A stretch of 64,000 nucleotides of DNA from Trichosphaerium sp. ATCC 40318. Lineage: Eukaryota > Protista > Tubulinea. The DNA is taken from positions 124,001 to 188,000 of the forward strand of contig JALMLS010000612.1 in the NCBI GenBank assembly GCA_038496445.1. The letters run 5' to 3'. Below are positions 11,801-24,757 of this stretch, piece after piece. The notes below the pieces were generated by a model, which saw only the letters and a list, made by a program, of their open reading frames with translations, had not been told where the DNA came from and did not search any database. The stretch's first letter is position 1, and each line of letters opens with the position of its first letter. A program made the position numbers and the translations under genes.

Positions 11801-13390
11801 CGTTATGCCATTTGTGAGATTATCCGCAATAGTGTCGAAATCGGTACTTAAATGAAGAGGCCACTCCCATGATCCTAGCAAAATCAAAACTGAAAAACCC
11901 ATGGCATTGGCACATAAAGTTTTACTTACCAAGTTTGGCAGCCATTACGCCAAGACAAGTTTTAGATTTGTCAAAGCCTCCTACAGGACCATCTGTTGCA
12001 CCAATAAACCATCTAACGTCATTGTTACGTACCAGACCGAAAAGAACTAGTTTTAGTAACTGTACCTTGCATCGGCACCTTGTGTCCATCTTGGGATCAG
12101 GTAGCCCACAGAATTTCCAAGTCGTACAGTTGGTTTCAAAGGTACTTGCTTCTGTTTTTGATCTTGAACAGGCAAATCACAACAACTTGACTGGTCAGCC
12201 CAAAACCACGGATTAAGAACAGCTTGATTTGGTTTCCATCCTGTTGTTTTTCATGATTAGCTTTTTCACGTACATATTTCGGTTACCTTTACTAAGCTCC
12301 AAGTCAATGTAGTCTCTATCGGTCATATTAAAATGTTCTTGAACATCTACCGCTGATCTATTCGGTGACAGTTGAAACGTGAAGATTGCAAAAGGTGCTA
12401 CGGAAGGCTATTAGAAGTGCCTGTTGTACAATATGTTAGCGCACAAGTATTGTTGGGAGACGGCTTGAAAGTGTACTTAAGCTGTACTTTAGCAAACAAC
12501 GGTCCAGACCCTATCACATTGGCTTCAAACGAATCCAGAGTAAGTGTTGCATGCCACGTGCTTCCACCTCTCCATGCAGGCTAAATAATGTGTAAAAACT
12601 AAACACATGCTAACCCTAGTTCGTACTGAAGGATTATTGGAGAATATACCCGCCAAAGGCGGTGGCGGTAAATCACTCGGTGCACTTGCAGGAATCTTTA
12701 CTTGAATAACCTAAACCTGCTCAGGACTGCAATTAATTTTAAAGGCTTACCTTATTATCCATAATATAGTAGCCATCCTTTTCCGCAAGTGTCACCAAAG
12801 GCTCTTGATATGCGACTGTTTTGGACCTTGCTACAATGTTCAATTAACAGCATGTAGATTTAATAGTTGTTTGACGACTTTACCAGTACAAGCTGGATCC
12901 TTTGACATTGATACCTCATAATTGTGTATGGACTTTGTTTTATTTGATTTGTACGTTCCGATGTTAGTAGCTACCCACAAGTACCCCTTCTTTATTTGGT
13001 CCTCTGTTCCTTCCAAAACTTCAACCTACAAGCTTTCAGATCAAGTGTGAAAAAAAGTTTACGTGGTATTTCTTGGTGCACGTGCTTCGAAAAAAGAAAA
13101 CCTTTCGCTGGTGGTTTACCTGGCTTTGAACAGGAACGTTATCCTCTTTCACAGATATAGACTTGGCGCTGTACCCGCCAAGTTTAACCTAACCGGCCAA
13201 TATTATTACTAAAAAAGTTTACACGCTTTTGATTCGGTTGTTGTGGGCATACTTGTAAACGAACTAGCTCTTGAAAGTAGTCCATGTCGTTGTGGTTAAC
13301 TAACGTCCACTTTACTGTATCGTATTCACAAGAAAAGCATGTTAAAGCAAGTAACAAACCAATAAACAAACCGAAAACTGCGCGCCGCAT
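8882..13390 (-). CDS. Large secreted bacterial-like protein with heparinase II/III-type (alpha/alpha toroid plus beta-sandwich lyase) motifs, many introns
   Basis: Signal peptide MRRAVFGLFIGLLLALTCFS. Spliced motifs RFILPLGDTHP, GVVFRNRPGTKEESFFAFKSGSNRGHDHGDQLSFHYCAYG and MEFWHNRL (H-x-H-x-D-x-x-SF and HN, typical of Hepar_II_III). C-terminus SQGDIGLNVMNAGYDFGEIPLWMKKQR. Confidence 0.6.
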
Positions 13391-13589
13391 TCTATGTTGT
13401 GTTCTGCTCGCTTTAAACACAGCAGAAAACCTTTGACATTTTCGTCATTGTACTTCCTGACACGTGCTGATATTCAAACCAAAAAGGGTAATACTACATT
13501 TATAACGTAGCAAGCATGGGTAGTGGAACTCAAGACTGTCTTTTTGTGTCTGGAAAAAAATAGCGTATTTATTACATGTTACTTCTGTT

Positions 13590-15745
13590 CTACTTTTGAG
13601 CGAAGAAAGCTTCACATACGCTAAAGGCATGTTTTAAGTCTCCCAAGATATCGTTAATATTCTCAATACCAATACTCATACGTATAAGTGATTCTGGAAG
13701 AGTACGTTCTTCTGCAGGAATACTAGCATGTGATAGCAAACATGGAAGCTCAACCAGTGAGTTTGTTGAACCAAATGACACTGTGACTTTGAAAAGGCGT
13801 AGAGCGTTCACAAACTTTTTAGAATAAAGAACAGAATCAGTGGTCCACGATAAGACACACCCACCTAAATGATGTAAATAATTACAACTGAAAAGAAAAC
13901 ACTTTATATATTTTTTTATCACGTGCAAAAAATATGTTGTTCGTACCTCCAGTTGATTGGGCTTGGTGTAGCTTATATTGCTGTTGTGTTACCTCAAGTG
14001 TACGATCAGGTTTTCGCCATTCAGGGAATCTAAAAGAAAATTATGGAAAAAGACATCATCCTAGGACGTACTTGTCACCAGGATCTAACCCAGCATAATG
14101 TAAATCAACTACAGTACGTTGTTTTGATAAAAATTCGGCAACCTTTACTGCATTCTCCTGAGCACGTTCAATACGCAAAGCCATTGTTTTCATGCCACGA
14201 AGAGTCAACCAACAAGCGAAAGGAGCCAATCCAGTGCCCTATTATTTCTTTCAGAAAAAAAAATGGAAAAAATCAAGAAAAAAAAAAGGAGCATACCTCT
14301 GCGTTCTGGAAGAATGCAACTTCTTTTGCAAGTTTCTCTGACTTTACACATACAATACCAAGCGTTGTATCAGAATGACCTGCGAAAAACTTTGTACCAG
14401 AGTGAACTACAATATCAACACCAAGATCAAGTGGACGTTGTAAAATAGGTGTCATCATTGTTGAATCAATAGATAGTAAGACATTATGCTTTTGTGCTAT
14501 TTTTGATATTTTTCTTATATCATTAATACGCATAAGTGGATTTGTAGGTGATTCAAAATGAATCAAGCGTGTTTTAGGTGTTATTTCTTTTTCAAGTTCA
14601 TCAAGATTGCAAGTGTCAACAAATTTACATAATATGCCACAACGTGCAGAAACCTTTGTTAGGAGCCTGTACATACCACCATAAAGATCGTTGCCTATAG
14701 AAAAAGCCGTTAATACAAAGATCTATAGCCTGCATGTCGCTGAGGTCGAACAACAAGAAAAACGTTCAAACAACTTGTTCTTTCTGGGATGTTTCTTACC
14801 TGCTATTATCTCTTCTCCAGATTTCTGTGACAAGACGTTAGTTGAGGTGCGTGCCATGTGTTTTTGACGTACTACAAGGCGAGTGATTGCACTGAGAGCT
14901 GCCATGCCACTAGAAAAAGCAAACGCAGAGTGAGCATTCTCTAAACCTGCTACCAAAGTTTCCAAGGCAGTTCTTGTTGGATTTCCTGATCTGGTGTAGT
15001 CATACGGTCCAAACTCCGTAGCGCTTGGTTGTACGAATGTAGCTGTCTGATAAATAGGCATACTAAACGAAGGTCAGAAACCATTGGGCCAAGTACTGAA
15101 GATTCAAAAAGATTCGGAATTTGCCCATCAAAAACGTAGCTGTCAGCTGTGGAAATCTAGGTAATTTCAATGATATTTTACCTTGCTGGGTGGTATGCAT
15201 CGTTGGGACACCCGTCATATACGACAACTTGTGTACTTGGTTGCATGTGTAGGTGATGTTTCTCGAAATGAGGTCGGATAGGGTATGTAGGCAAGTCATT
15301 GTATTGTTCGCCTTAAAAATTAAAATTGGTAAACTTTGTTTTGTCAACAAAACAAAATAGGGGTGCCGTAACACAACGTATATACGCGTGTAATCGGTGT
15401 TTTAAATGGTTTTTTAGTGATTTAGCGTATTGTTATCAGAATGTACGCTCTAAAAAGGTGACATTCGCCAAACGTTAAAGAATAAGCTAATTCTCGCTTT
15501 ACGCGATTTTACCCACCTGAAACCATCGGGTACTTGATGTTTGAGTAGTCAATTTTCTGTTTGGACGCATCCTATGCGAAATTAAAATGATGGCTAATTG
15601 ACGTTTTGTGACGCGGTTTTAACAGCCTCAAAGGCGTTTGGCGTACATTTCCGTTTTCCTCGCTTGTTTTCAACGGGTTGCCATCATCTTCAACGACAAT
15701 GTGGCCGTAGTGCGTATACTCTGTTTTAGTAGAGGGAGATGTCAT
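13590..15745 (-). CDS. Cystathionine beta-lyase (Cys/Met metabolism PLP enzyme, plant/fungal CBL-like)
   Basis: MPIYQTATFVQPSATEFGPYDYTRSGNPTR, FSSGMAA, ESPTNPL, PLP-lysine motif HSGTKFFAGHSD, VSFGSTNSL...LSHASIP, LIRMSIGIE. Confidence 0.85.
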
Positions 15746-16038
15746 TTGGATTATGTAGTAGGTAAAATTGGGAATGTGTCCCAGGTTTCCGTGGGCGATC
15801 TCAAGTGGTGGTTACAGTACTCTGACGGGCTCTATCTAAATACGTGTTTAAGTCACAGCCAGAAATGTGTAAAATAAAGACCACGGGGTTCATTTAGCGA
15901 CAAAAAAGCTGCTATCCACATCTTCTCACTCAGAAAAGGTATGCAGCGTATCAATACCTCGCTTTCTTTTTTAATACTATTATCAATATAATAATTCTTC
16001 CAAGTGATACCAAATTGAGTTAATAGTACTCAAAAAGC
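15746..16038. promoter_or_regulatory. Putative bidirectional promoter and UTRs between CBL and CGS, including a probable 5'UTR intron of CGS (15939 to about 16004)
   Basis: 293 bp lie between the divergent ATGs. Donor AAG|GTATGC at 15939; pyrimidine-rich ...TTCTTCCAAG acceptor at 16004. Confidence 0.5.
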
Positions 16039-17691
16039 ATGTCTACGCAAGATAAGACAGCGAAAACGGCGAATTGCGTTGAAGATAATTTACAAGGTTT
16101 CTCATCGCTTTCCGTTCATGGTGGAGAGCATAAGAGAAGGCCTAAGGTCAGCGATGCACTGGTACACACCTTTTTTGCCTCATTTGTACCATTTTGTTCT
16201 TAACACCGTTTCTGCAGACAACTCCTATCGTTCAAACAGCTACGTATTGGTTTAAAGACAGCCAACAGTGTATAGATTTCAATGAAGGTCGTTATGAAGT
16301 GCGTAATTACAGAAATTTCTATTCGCATCTCAACTCACTTTTAGACGCATGAATACGGAAGGTATGGTAATCCTACGGCGCGTACCGTTGAATTGAAGCT
16401 TATAAAACTTGAATCACCAAAGAAATACGACCGCCTTGTACCCACTCGTCAAAAAGTACTACATAGCGCCTAATACTTATTTCAGGATGCTCTAGTCAGC
16501 GCTTCTGGGATGGCATCAGCAACAACCATGATACTAGCTCTTGTTCCCGCAAACGGCCATATGGTAATCACTAGTGACTGCTACAGGCGTACACGCCAGT
16601 TTATAACTACTTTTCTACCTAAAATGGGTATCACGTGCTCAATTCTTGATCCTTCTGACTTGGATGGTCTTAAAAAAGTTCTTGAAGAAAAAGAAGTATC
16701 GCTATACTTTTCTGAAGCGCCAACGAATCCTTATCTTCGTTGTGTTGATGTCGAGAAGATAGTTGAGTTATGTGGTGGCCGCGATACTATTGTTGCTATT
16801 GACACAACGTTTGCAACACCAATTAACTTCCAAGTACGGCTTGCTAATAGTTTTTTTTTTGGAGAATTATAAAGTTTGCGCTTACGTCAATTTGCTAGCC
16901 GTTGAAGTATGGAGCTGATTTGACGTTGCATTCAGCAACAAAATATCTTGCTGGACACAATGATGTTTTAGCTGGTGCAATCATTGGTAAAAAAGAGGTC
17001 AGTTGATAGCACCTTTTGGAATTGTTTTATAAACTGACATTGTTTCGTAAGATTATTTCTAAGATAAAGCTTATGCATAATATCTTGGGACCTGTTATTG
17101 ATCCACATTGTGCATACTTATTATTAAGGGGTATGAAAACATTGAGCCTACGTGTGAAACATCAGAACCAGACTGCGTTAAAGCTAGCCACCTTTTTGGA
17201 CTCTCATGAAAAGATTGATAAAGTATGGTACCCTGGTGTTGCTAGTCATCCAGATCATGTACGGTTGTTTTCTTTTACAGATAATTTATCTTTAATTAAT
17301 TCATTAACCATGTTTACTATTATTTTTAACCACGTGATATTATCACCAAATCAGATATTTTTGGAAGTTATTTTCTTCTTATTTCTTCTTTTAGGAAGTA
17401 GCAAAGAGACTTTTCCAAAACGGCTTTGGTGGTGTTGTCAGTTTTCAAATCAAAGGAGATTTTGATAGAACAAAGCTATTTATTGACTCTCTTAAACTAC
17501 CTTATATTGGACCAAGTCTTGGTGGTGTTGAGTCACTAGTTGAACAACCAACTATTGTCAGTTTCTGGAACATGTCGCCTGAACAACGTGCTAAAGTTGG
17601 TATTGCAGATAACCTTGTACGATTTTCTTGCGGTGTAGAAGACTATGAGGACTTGAAAAGCGATGTAGAGTCAGCACTAAATGTAATTTAA
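16039..17691 (+). CDS. Cystathionine gamma-synthase, plant/algal-type, with no evident transit peptide or MTO1 region
   Basis: SVHGGEH...[18 protein letters not shown]...[77 protein letters not shown] closely follow plant CGS motifs. Confidence 0.88.
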
Positions 17692-18057
17692 TTAAACAGA
17701 GAGGTGAATATCCAACTGCTCATGGAGGCGTTAATGTTGATGTTATGTCTACGTCTGAAAGTAATACTGTTAATCATTGGAGTGTCCTGGAGAATAAGCG
17801 TTCCTACTCGAGAGCACTTGTGCAGCTGTGTCTAAGTTTGCTTGTACCAAAGAATCTTGGTTGTTTGACAGTTTCTTAATTCAATGTTATAGCTGTACGT
17901 ATCACGTGTTTTTAACCCCCCATCTCAATCTACCTTCCGTTAAGTAGTAGTGCCGTGCCATTCATCAAGACGTTTATATAAATTACGTTAACACCTTTTC
18001 CGATAAAATCACAACACTTATCAAACCCACTGTCAAGTATTTACAATACAACTCACT

Positions 18058-19620
18058 ATGCTAGCGAGTAACAATCACCACGAACTTAGCCTCTGTTTTG
18101 ACATTCCCATCGAACTTATTTGCCTTATATTTCAGTTTCTTGTCGACAGAGATCGCTTCTCTATCGCTCAAGTATGTAAGGAGTTCAATCACGCTATTTG
18201 TGGTATTATTGGATACGATAGTGTTTATGTTATCACCTCTGACGTAGACGCTATAAAACGGCATCAAGGTATACTAAAAAACTCGAAAGTTGTTTGTAAG
18301 GCGCTTTTTGATCCACGTGATTTGAGAGGTTCAAGACGTATATATTTACATAACTGTTATACATGGGTAACGAATTATGTTATCGAGATGTTAGTAAGCG
18401 TACGTGGAACCATAAAATATCTAGAAGAAAAAAAAAAGGTTTTTTTTACAGTTTGCCTCGCTTTTTGCACTTTGTTTCTAAACGCAACATTTGTTCCGCA
18501 CTACATACTATTAATTGATAATCGTGTTTTTTTATTTCCAAACAAGTCACGTGACGAGTTGTTACAGAAAAGAAAATACAATTTACTTGTTATTTTCTTA
18601 TCGTTTTTGTTCTAGGATACTGTTGCTATTCACACTATAAACTTGAAGTCATGCCGAAAAATAAATGACTCTTGCCTTCATCTGTTAGCAGGCGTTCATG
18701 AAATAGATTTAGAATCAATTGATGTGACAGATAAGGGTATTAAACATCTTGCCGGTGTTCATACAATCAACCTAAGAAAATGTCAGTACATAACAGACAA
18801 AGGTATAAAGTCAATAGCACGTGATGTTCATACAATATCAATTCAACACTGTATACGCATAACAGATGAAAGCTTATTCGCATTGAGAGGAGCTCACTTT
18901 GTTAATGTAGCAGGGTGCTATAGAATAACGAATGAAGGAGTGAAAGCTCTTGCTGGCGTACACAGTGTCGGTTTAGGTTTTCTTCTAAAAATATCAGATG
19001 AAGGCATAAAAGCTCTTTCTGGTGTCTTTGCAATCAACTTGGCTGATACCAAAGTTACCACTGAAGGCCTAAAATACATAGCAGGTGTATCAGAGATTAA
19101 TCTTTCAAAAAATAGCTCTATAACAGACGAAACATTAAGAGTTCTAAGTGGAGTCAACAAGATTAAGTTAATGGATTGTATGGGTATAACAAATGATGGA
19201 CTTAAATATCTTTCTGGTGCACACACAGTAAACCTTAAAGGTTGCTACGGAATAACAGATGTTACCGTACTATCAGGAGTGCACACTATAAACTTGTTCG
19301 GATGTTCAATAACAGACAACAGCTTGAAGGCTCTTGCTGGTGTTCATTCCATTAATATTTGTCATTGTAGTGATGTTACTGATGAAGGTATAATAGCTCT
19401 TCAAGGAGTTCATACTATTGATCTTAGTCATTGTTCGAGAGTTACAAATTACGGAATATTGGCATTGAAAGGAGCACATACAATAAAAATGTATGGATGT
19501 TTTAACGTAACATCAACAGTTTTGAGTCAAATGACTGATACCGATTTTGGTACTTCTCTTTCCTACACTGTCAGCAAGCGTAAATCACCTCCTTTAGAAC
19601 CATACAAACTGTACGAATAA
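18058..19620 (+). CDS. F-box / leucine-rich-repeat (AMN1/FBXL-type) protein; intron about 18394-18616
   Basis: N-terminal F-box (IPIELICLIFQFL...SIAQVCKEFN) followed by about 13 repeats of about 23 aa, L.GVH.I.L..C..ITD.G..AL. Confidence 0.85.
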
Positions 19621-19726
19621 CTAACAAATAAAATAAACGTTTCACGTTCTTAATTTTTTCTATTTTTTTTTATTGTTGGCACAAAACCCCTCTTTGGTTT
19701 TATGTAAAAAAATTGTGCCTATTTTA

Positions 19727-22700
19727 TCAAGCTTCTAGGGCTTGTTTATCCACCAAACTTAAAAAAATAGTCTTAGTATATAGAGCAACAGAATAAGACG
19801 TACTTTTTATAATGTCCTCCTTGTATTTGTATTAGCTCTTCATGAGTACCCTGTTCAATTACACCACCCTCGTGAAGTACTACGATCTTATCTGCAGATT
19901 TAACAGTTTTAAGACGATGAGATACAATCAGTACACTCCGTTTCTCCATTACCTAAACAAATATTATACTCAAACTTGATCAAGTACCTTAAACGAAGAA
20001 AATAGTTGAGCTGATTTCTGAGAAAAACGTACAACGTTCAAGGCTTTTTGCACTTTGTGTTCTGACTCAGCGTCAAGTCCTGAAGTAGCTTCATCAAGTA
20101 CAATAATAGGTGGATCTTTTAGTAATGCTCTAGCAAGACAAATACGTTGCTTTTCTCCTCCTAAATACCAAAATCGTTAAAAAAATATGAATGGTTGTGT
20201 TCAGTCAATGAGTTCGTACCTGATAATTTCAAGCCACGCTCACCAACAAGTGTATCATATCCATCAGGCATAGATAAAATCTGGTCATGGATATTTGCTT
20301 GTTTAGCAACATTGTACATATCTTCCTCTGTACACCCTGTCTTACCATACTTTATATTGTATCTAATTGAGAAAAAAAATTAACAACTTCACACTATTTT
20401 CGAGCTACCAAGTTTCATGTTTTGAAAAAAGTACAGTTTTACAATACAATATGAATGTTTCTGGCGTTGGAAAGTACATAGGAAATTGATTTAAGCCAAA
20501 CTCGAAGAAAAAAATTCATTTCTTTGCAGGTCTTATGAGTAAAAAATATTGATAAAAAGTGTACCCAATTGTTTCGTTAAATAATACTAGATCTTGAGGT
20601 ACAACGCCAACATTCTTTCTTAATGTATCAATAGTAATATTTCTTAAATCTTGACCATCAATAGTAATAGAACCTTCATTCACATCAAAGAATCTGTAAA
20701 CCAATCTCAAGATTGTTGACTTTCTGTTAAAACCAAAATTAGACTTTAAAGAATTTAAGTATGTCATTTGTACCCTCCACCAGAAGATCCAACAATAGCA
20801 ACTTTTTTACCAGCAGGTACAGTGAAGTTAAGCTTGGATAGAATATTCTTTTCTTCGTTGTATGCAAAAGTCACATCGTTGAATTTGATTTCTCCTCCAG
20901 TCAATTTCAATGGTTTTGAATTTGGTGTATCCTAAAAAAAGATCAATTACAAACACGACACTCAAGCTCATCCACTATCGATTACGTACTTTTATTGGTG
21001 TATCCAAATTCAACAAGTTGAACATAGTATCCATATCAGTGACAGCTTGACGCACTTCACGGTAAACAGATCCCAAAAAGTTAAGTGGAAAAGAAAGTTG
21101 AAATAATAAACCGTTAATCATGACAAGATCACCCACTGTCATTGAGCCTATCAAAAAAAAAGTTAGAATACCAGTAGATTACTTACAATATCTTGGTATT
21201 ATTACCATTTACAACGCCATTGGCAGCCATGAACATGACAAGCGTCAAAGAAGAAGACAAGATGATATTTTGTCCCCAGTTAAGCATAGCAAGACTTTCT
21301 TGAGTCTTAACAGCAACGCCAGAGTATTTTTGCTATAGATAACATGATTTAGATTCTCCAAAATTGGTAAAGAGAGCAAAAAAGGAAGAAAAAAAATGCG
21401 AAGAAAACAAAACAATTTTTTGGTTTGTTTGCAACATACCATTATAGCATCATATCGTGTTGCTTCCAACTCTTCGTTATTATAGTACTTTACAGTTTCA
21501 TAGTTTATTAAAGAGTCAACAGATAGTGTTGCAGCCTAATGAAGTGTAGAACATAAGTAAACAATCGAGGGAACACAAAATACCTCATTATCAAGTTTGT
21601 TCATTCTCCTTCTAAACTTTGTTCTCCATTGGGTAATAGCTAATGTAAATAGAGAATATATGCCCATAGTACCAGCTGTTACAATAGCATAAGGCGCTCC
21701 AAAGTTCCAACCCTATTAAACCCAACTAAGAAACACACAATTGAGCCACGCATGTAACGATGAACAAGTTGGTTGCTGAAGGTGTTGCATGTGATTTTAA
21801 TGAAAAAGGCCGGGTACGTACCAAAATACCGCAAACAAGAGAGATTTCTAGTATAGTAGGAACAATATTGAAAATCATAGCCATCAATACAAAAGAGATA
21901 CCACGTTGTCCTCTGAATAATAATGTCAAATGAATGATGCATGTTGGATATACAAAAATCATACCGTTCTATTGCACGTGATAAACCTCCTGTTTCTCTA
22001 CCCAAGTGAAATTTAAGATCCAAACTAAGCAAGTAGTTAACACATCAAGTAAAACTACAAACCGAGTACCTGTGTAAATGCAAAAAGATTCTCTTTGCAA
22101 GCTTCCTTATAGCGTTCTGACTAACTTGAGAAAATAGAGCATTCCTTAGCTCTTGCATTCCAGAAGCTGTTATACGAGCAAGTCCGTCTATGGAGAAAAC
22201 AGCTTGTCAGACGAGAACAAAAGACTAAATAATATCAGTTGTACATACAACCAAGGATAATCGCCACAGGCATCGCAAGTAATAGATCTGGTGTAACATT
22301 TAAGGCATCTACAACATGTTTGAACAAGATTGGTACTTGTACATTGATCAACTAGCGCGTAGGGTTAAAAAACATGAAGGTAAGGTCATTATACAAACTC
22401 CTCGACTGACGTACTTTAGAGCTAACTAATAACCCAAGACCAACACCCACACGAATCTTTAGACCAGTATCTGAAGGCCAAAGGTACTTTAAAAAGGATT
22501 TCATGACATCCAATAGACTTGACCTGATCGTAGTAATTTAGTGTATGTACTGTTTACATTCACGTGTCTTACTCCGAGCCATGTCCTGGTTTGCTATGTA
22601 CTGGCTTTTGTGGTGGCTTTGCCTCGCTTTCGTTTGGTGACTGTTTTTTTCCAGGCTCTGTTTTACTGTTATTGCGATATATAAGTGTTTTTGTGCTCGC

Positions 22701-23079
22701 CTGTTTGTTTTTCGCTTGTTTTTGTTGAGTACCGCGAATTGAACACCAACGGGCTCAAATACGATTTTATATGCGTAGTTTTAGTGCTAGACGCTCTATA
22801 GAAATTAGGTAACGAGTAGGTACACGGAAAATACGTACAGTGCGCTAGAAAGTTTACGAGACGTCTTTAAGCCACTAAAAGAATCGCGTAGGATAATGGA
22901 GGAGTATGATCGGGCCTAAGAACGAGTTTAAACAACATTTGCTCTTTATCGTACCTGATACGCATTTTTTTGCTTGTTGACGGCGGTGTACGCTGTTGTA
23001 TAGCCTAAAGTGACATTTTAACGGTAATTGATTCTACAAGCGTACGTGGTGCCAAAGCGCGTGTGGTAAAGCGATACAT
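19727..23079 (-). CDS. ATM1: Mitochondrial ABC half-transporter ATM1/ABCB7
   Basis: [51 protein letters not shown], Walker [33 protein letters not shown], and an Arg/Ser-rich mitochondrial-type N-terminus. Confidence 0.93.
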
Positions 23080-23311
23080 GCCACTCTCGCTTCTAAAGAG
23101 ACTAAAATAAAAGCTCGGAGAAAAAGTTGGAAACTGTTCATTTACTCCTTTTATAAAAACTTCATGTGCTTACACAAACGGCTAAATGACAATAGTAATG
23201 CAACAAAAACACTAATCAATAAGCAAAAAATTTCACCCCAAAGGCTTTCTAATATCCAGATTTTTGTAATCAAAAAGAAGTGTTAAGTAAAAAGAGGTAT
23301 TTACTAGTTGA

Positions 23312-24405
23312 TTATTTCTTATCACTGAAACAGTGCTTGATGGCAGTTATCTCATTTGGTGTCAATTCAGGATGCCAAAAGTCAAATAACAGTACGACAC
23401 GTGCCATCCCATTTTTGTTCGAATTCCAAACCTTTAAACCATTAAGAATTTAGATGTCTATTAATAACACGTGGGTTTTTCTGATCGTACTTCATGGTTG
23501 AAACTGTCATCAAATATTAAACACTCACCTGTCTTCCAGGTACGGTGTTCCTTGCCCACCCGGATCTTATCAAACAATTAGCAAAAAAAATAACTGCAAA
23601 AATAGTCAGATATTACCTTGCAATCCTGTGGCGCTATCAGCGGTAAGTGACATCGTATTTTAACTAATCAAGTGTTAGCTATATATCTAACTAATGATAA
23701 TTCGCACTATTCGATACTCCACAGTGCGGCGTAATGTGTGTTCCTACAATAAGTACTTTAGTTAATTTGATCTTAACGTCCATCTGTTTTCGGACTTCTT
23801 GTTGACTGTCGAGCGTACCTGGCGCGAGCTCAGAAAAGTAGCAGTACCCCAACATACATCCATCGAGCATAGGTATACTTTTAATCACCTTGGCAGTGTT
23901 GGGACATCTTGAGAGGACACTTTAGTTCGGACTTTAAGTATGAGCTGGCTTAACTCACCTCGCAAGGTTTTCCTCGTTGTAACTGCCTTCTTTTATAAAT
24001 TGAAACGTGCTCCACTTGCCACCATCTTCTACTGAAGCCTTTATAGTATTAAACGAGGCATTTGCCTTCATCTGTAAATACTCTTCCCGTATAGCGTCAC
24101 AACTCTTCTCTAGCTGTTCTACCCAATCAAAGCAAGCTCTCTTCCACCTTTTGATGTTTGAGTGAGGCAATTAGGCTAAAACAAGTACCAAGTACGTGCT
24201 GTTAACCCAGGATATAAAAAGAACGTTGGTTTTTGCATTGGTTCACCAGGTCTAGATCGCGCTTTAGGCCGTTTAGCATTTTTACGTTTTTATTAATTGT
24301 AATCGCCGTACGTCCTTCTTTTATGTACTGAGCGATAGCGTCACGCAATCTTTGTGGCCCAGAGGCCATCAGCACTTCAAGTTGTTGAGGAGATGACTCG
24401 CTCAT
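23312..24405 (-). CDS. Aspartyl/asparaginyl beta-hydroxylase-family 2OG-Fe(II) dioxygenase
   Basis: Spliced: QKPTFFLYPGLTARTW, FSELAPGTHITPHCGVSNIKIRCHLPL, W.TGECLIFDDSFNHEVWN, RVVLLFDFWHPEL. Confidence 0.9.
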
Positions 24406-24757
24406 TGCAGTTAAATAATTCAAATTGAAAAAAAACTGAAAAAAAAGCATAAGTTTTTGTCTCGCATGGCAATTATTGTACGTAGTACTAGCCGTCAGCT
24501 TTATATTTGTAATAGAGTCACAGCTTACGCTTGTATATTAATTGTAACTAGGCTTTGAAACAGTTTTGGAAAGACGACATTGTTAGTTTATCACGTGCTT
24601 CAGGCATGACAACTAGCTTACATCTACTTAGTAAATTTTACGACTGACGTATCCTTCAACAAGCTGTAAAGGCTTGTGACATAGAGAAAGACACAATGCA
24701 GAGCACAACTTTTATTGTAAATTTCGTGCAAGAAATTGAATGGCTACAATATCGAAT

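Noticed and set aside
15060-16038. Bacterial-type SAM or TPP riboswitch near the Met-pathway genes
   Set aside because: No recognisable aptamer consensus by eye. Only the splicing-level observations are reported.
18918-19226. 102-aa antisense ORF within the LRR gene
   Set aside because: A by-product of repetitive LRR codon usage, with no independent features.
24200-24312. Apparent frameshift in the beta-hydroxylase first exon
   Set aside because: A GTACGG...CTAAAG intron of about 50 nt restores the QKPTFFLYPGL frame.
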